In this document: positions 62,956 through 64,000 of the stretch, one piece after another
Position numbering within the stretch: position 1 is the first letter of the stretch
How the letters are laid out: every line of letters begins with the position of its first letter
Assembly (NCBI GenBank): GCA_965248835.1
Contig: CBDFLJ010000001.1
Location: 896,001-960,000 of the forward strand
Origin: Alphaproteobacteria bacterium
GTDB taxonomy: Bacteria; Pseudomonadota; Alphaproteobacteria; MPNO01
DNA length: 64,000 nucleotides
Reading direction: 5' to 3'
Program-made: the position numbers and the translations under genes
The notes under the pieces: generated by a model
What the model was told of the DNA's origin: nothing
Seen by the model: only the letters and a program-made list of their open reading frames with translations
Database searches by the model: none

Positions 62956-63789
62956 TCAGCCCGGCACCGGCGCCGCGGTGCCTTCGATCTGGACGCGGTA
63001 GCCCGACCGCACGTTGGGCAGGTAGTCGGAAATCGCGTAATGCTGGACGCAGCGGTTGTCCCAGAAGGCGATCGAATGGGGCTCCCAGCGGAACCGGCAG
63101 GTCCATTCCGGCCGGGTGCAATGCGCGCACAGGAAGCGCAGCAGGTGCGCACTTTCGCCTTCCGGAAGTTCGTTGATCCGCTTGGTGAAAGAGCTGTTGA
63201 CGTAGATCAGCTTCCGGCCGCTGTCGGGGTGGCGGACGATCACCGGATGGACCGCGCGCGGCGTGCCCTCGCCGAAGGTGGGCACCCCGTCATGCAAGGC
63301 GGTAAGCCCGGAAAGACAGGTCTTCATCGGCGCGGACAGCGCTTCGTAAGCCGCATACATGCTGGCGAACAGCGTGTCGCCGCCGCCGTTGGGCGGCAGG
63401 GTGTGGTTGTACAGGATGCTGCCGAGCGGCGGGACCGGGGCGCAGGACTGGTCGGTGTGCCAGATGTTGCCGGAGACCCGCGGCGTCGTCTCGTCGAAAT
63501 GAAACCGCCGCACGCGAGGATCGGCCGAGGGTTGGCTGTTGGTCTTCGCGCCGACATGTTGGCCGATCGGGCCGAAATACGCCGCCAGGCGCACATGGTC
63601 CTCGAAGCCGATCTTCTGATCGCGGAAGAACAGGACGAGGCGTTCGGTGAAGGCGCGGCGAATCTCGGCAAGCGCGAGATCGGAAAGCGGCCGCGTCAGA
63701 TCGATATTGCCGATCACCGCCCCGATATGGGGGCTGGCCGGCGTGACCGTGATCGTCCGATAAGGTGCCTCGGTGCCAAAGCCGTCCAT
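62956..63789 (-). CDS. TauD/TfdA family Fe(II)/2-oxoglutarate dioxygenase
   Basis: IGA.I..IDL, VLFFRDQ, WHTD, GGDTLF, HPV...HP.SGRK, WDNR..QH.A. Start taken at ATG 63789. Confidence 0.92.
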   Translation of the reverse strand: MDGFGTEAPYRTITVTPASPHIGAVIGNIDLTRPLSDLALAEIRRAFTERLVLFFRDQKIGFEDHVRLAAYFGPIGQHVGAKTNSQPSADPRVRRFHFDETTPRVSGNIWHTDQSCAPVPPLGSILYNHTLPPNGGGDTLFASMYAAYEALSAPMKTCLSGLTALHDGVPTFGEGTPRAVHPVIVRHPDSGRKLIYVNSSFTKRINELPEGESAHLLRFLCAHCTRPEWTCRFRWEPHSIAFWDNRCVQHYAISDYLPNVRSGYRVQIEGTAAPVPG

Positions 63790-63957
63790 GACCGCGCGAA
63801 TCCCGCCTCGCCGCGGCCGATCGCGGCCGCGCAGCGATGGTAGCAAGCGCCGCGGGATCCCGGAAGCGCGAAAGCGGTCCGACGGGTGCGGCCACCAGAC
63901 GCGGCGATGCTCGGCGGCCGCCTTGCGGCCGCCGCCTCGGCTGGGCTAAGCAGGGCC

Positions 63958-64000
63958 ATGGGCTGCGACTATTCGATCTGGGCCTTCGCCTACACCCGCT
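63958..64000 (+). CDS. Start of a gene running off the window (MGCDYSIWAFAYTR...), product uncertain
   Basis: ATG at 63958, open to the end of the window, host-like codons. Only 14 codons are visible. Confidence 0.4.
   Translation, partial: MGCDYSIWAFAYTR

Overview
High-GC window from an alphaproteobacterium (Rhodospirillales-like gene order, inferred from gene content only). Core blocks: thrS-infC-rpmI-rplT-pheS-pheT-lepA; tsaD divergent from hemC-hemD-mitofilin(Mic60-like)-hemY-like; rpmH-rnpA-yidD-yidC-engB-argB; panB-panC; cysQ-sua5-FAD oxidoreductase-acyl-CoA dehydrogenase; and three tRNAs (Ser-GGA, Thr-CGT, Arg-ACG). About 18 kb of catabolic genes follow tRNA-Ser: two LLM oxidoreductases, a stand-alone Mo-hydroxylase large subunit, hydantoinase A/B, an amidohydrolase, a MetE-like protein, three DMT transporters, MaoC and a CoA-transferase. 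Most notable: (1) a 92-aa signal-peptide protein made of seven (C)NPCAAK repeats (13 Cys), lying between a TVP38/flavoprotein disulfide reductase pair and an orphan histidine kinase; (2) a 278-bp element with 11-bp terminal inverted repeats and an IS1380-like transposase C-terminal remnant just after tRNA-Arg; (3) an easily missed 56-aa basic ORF coupled to tsaD; (4) an ATA start for infC; (5) a 92-aa basic YidC tail; (6) a tandem GST pair. No CRISPR, rRNA, integrase or prophage was seen. All protein calls come from motif recognition; no database searches were run.
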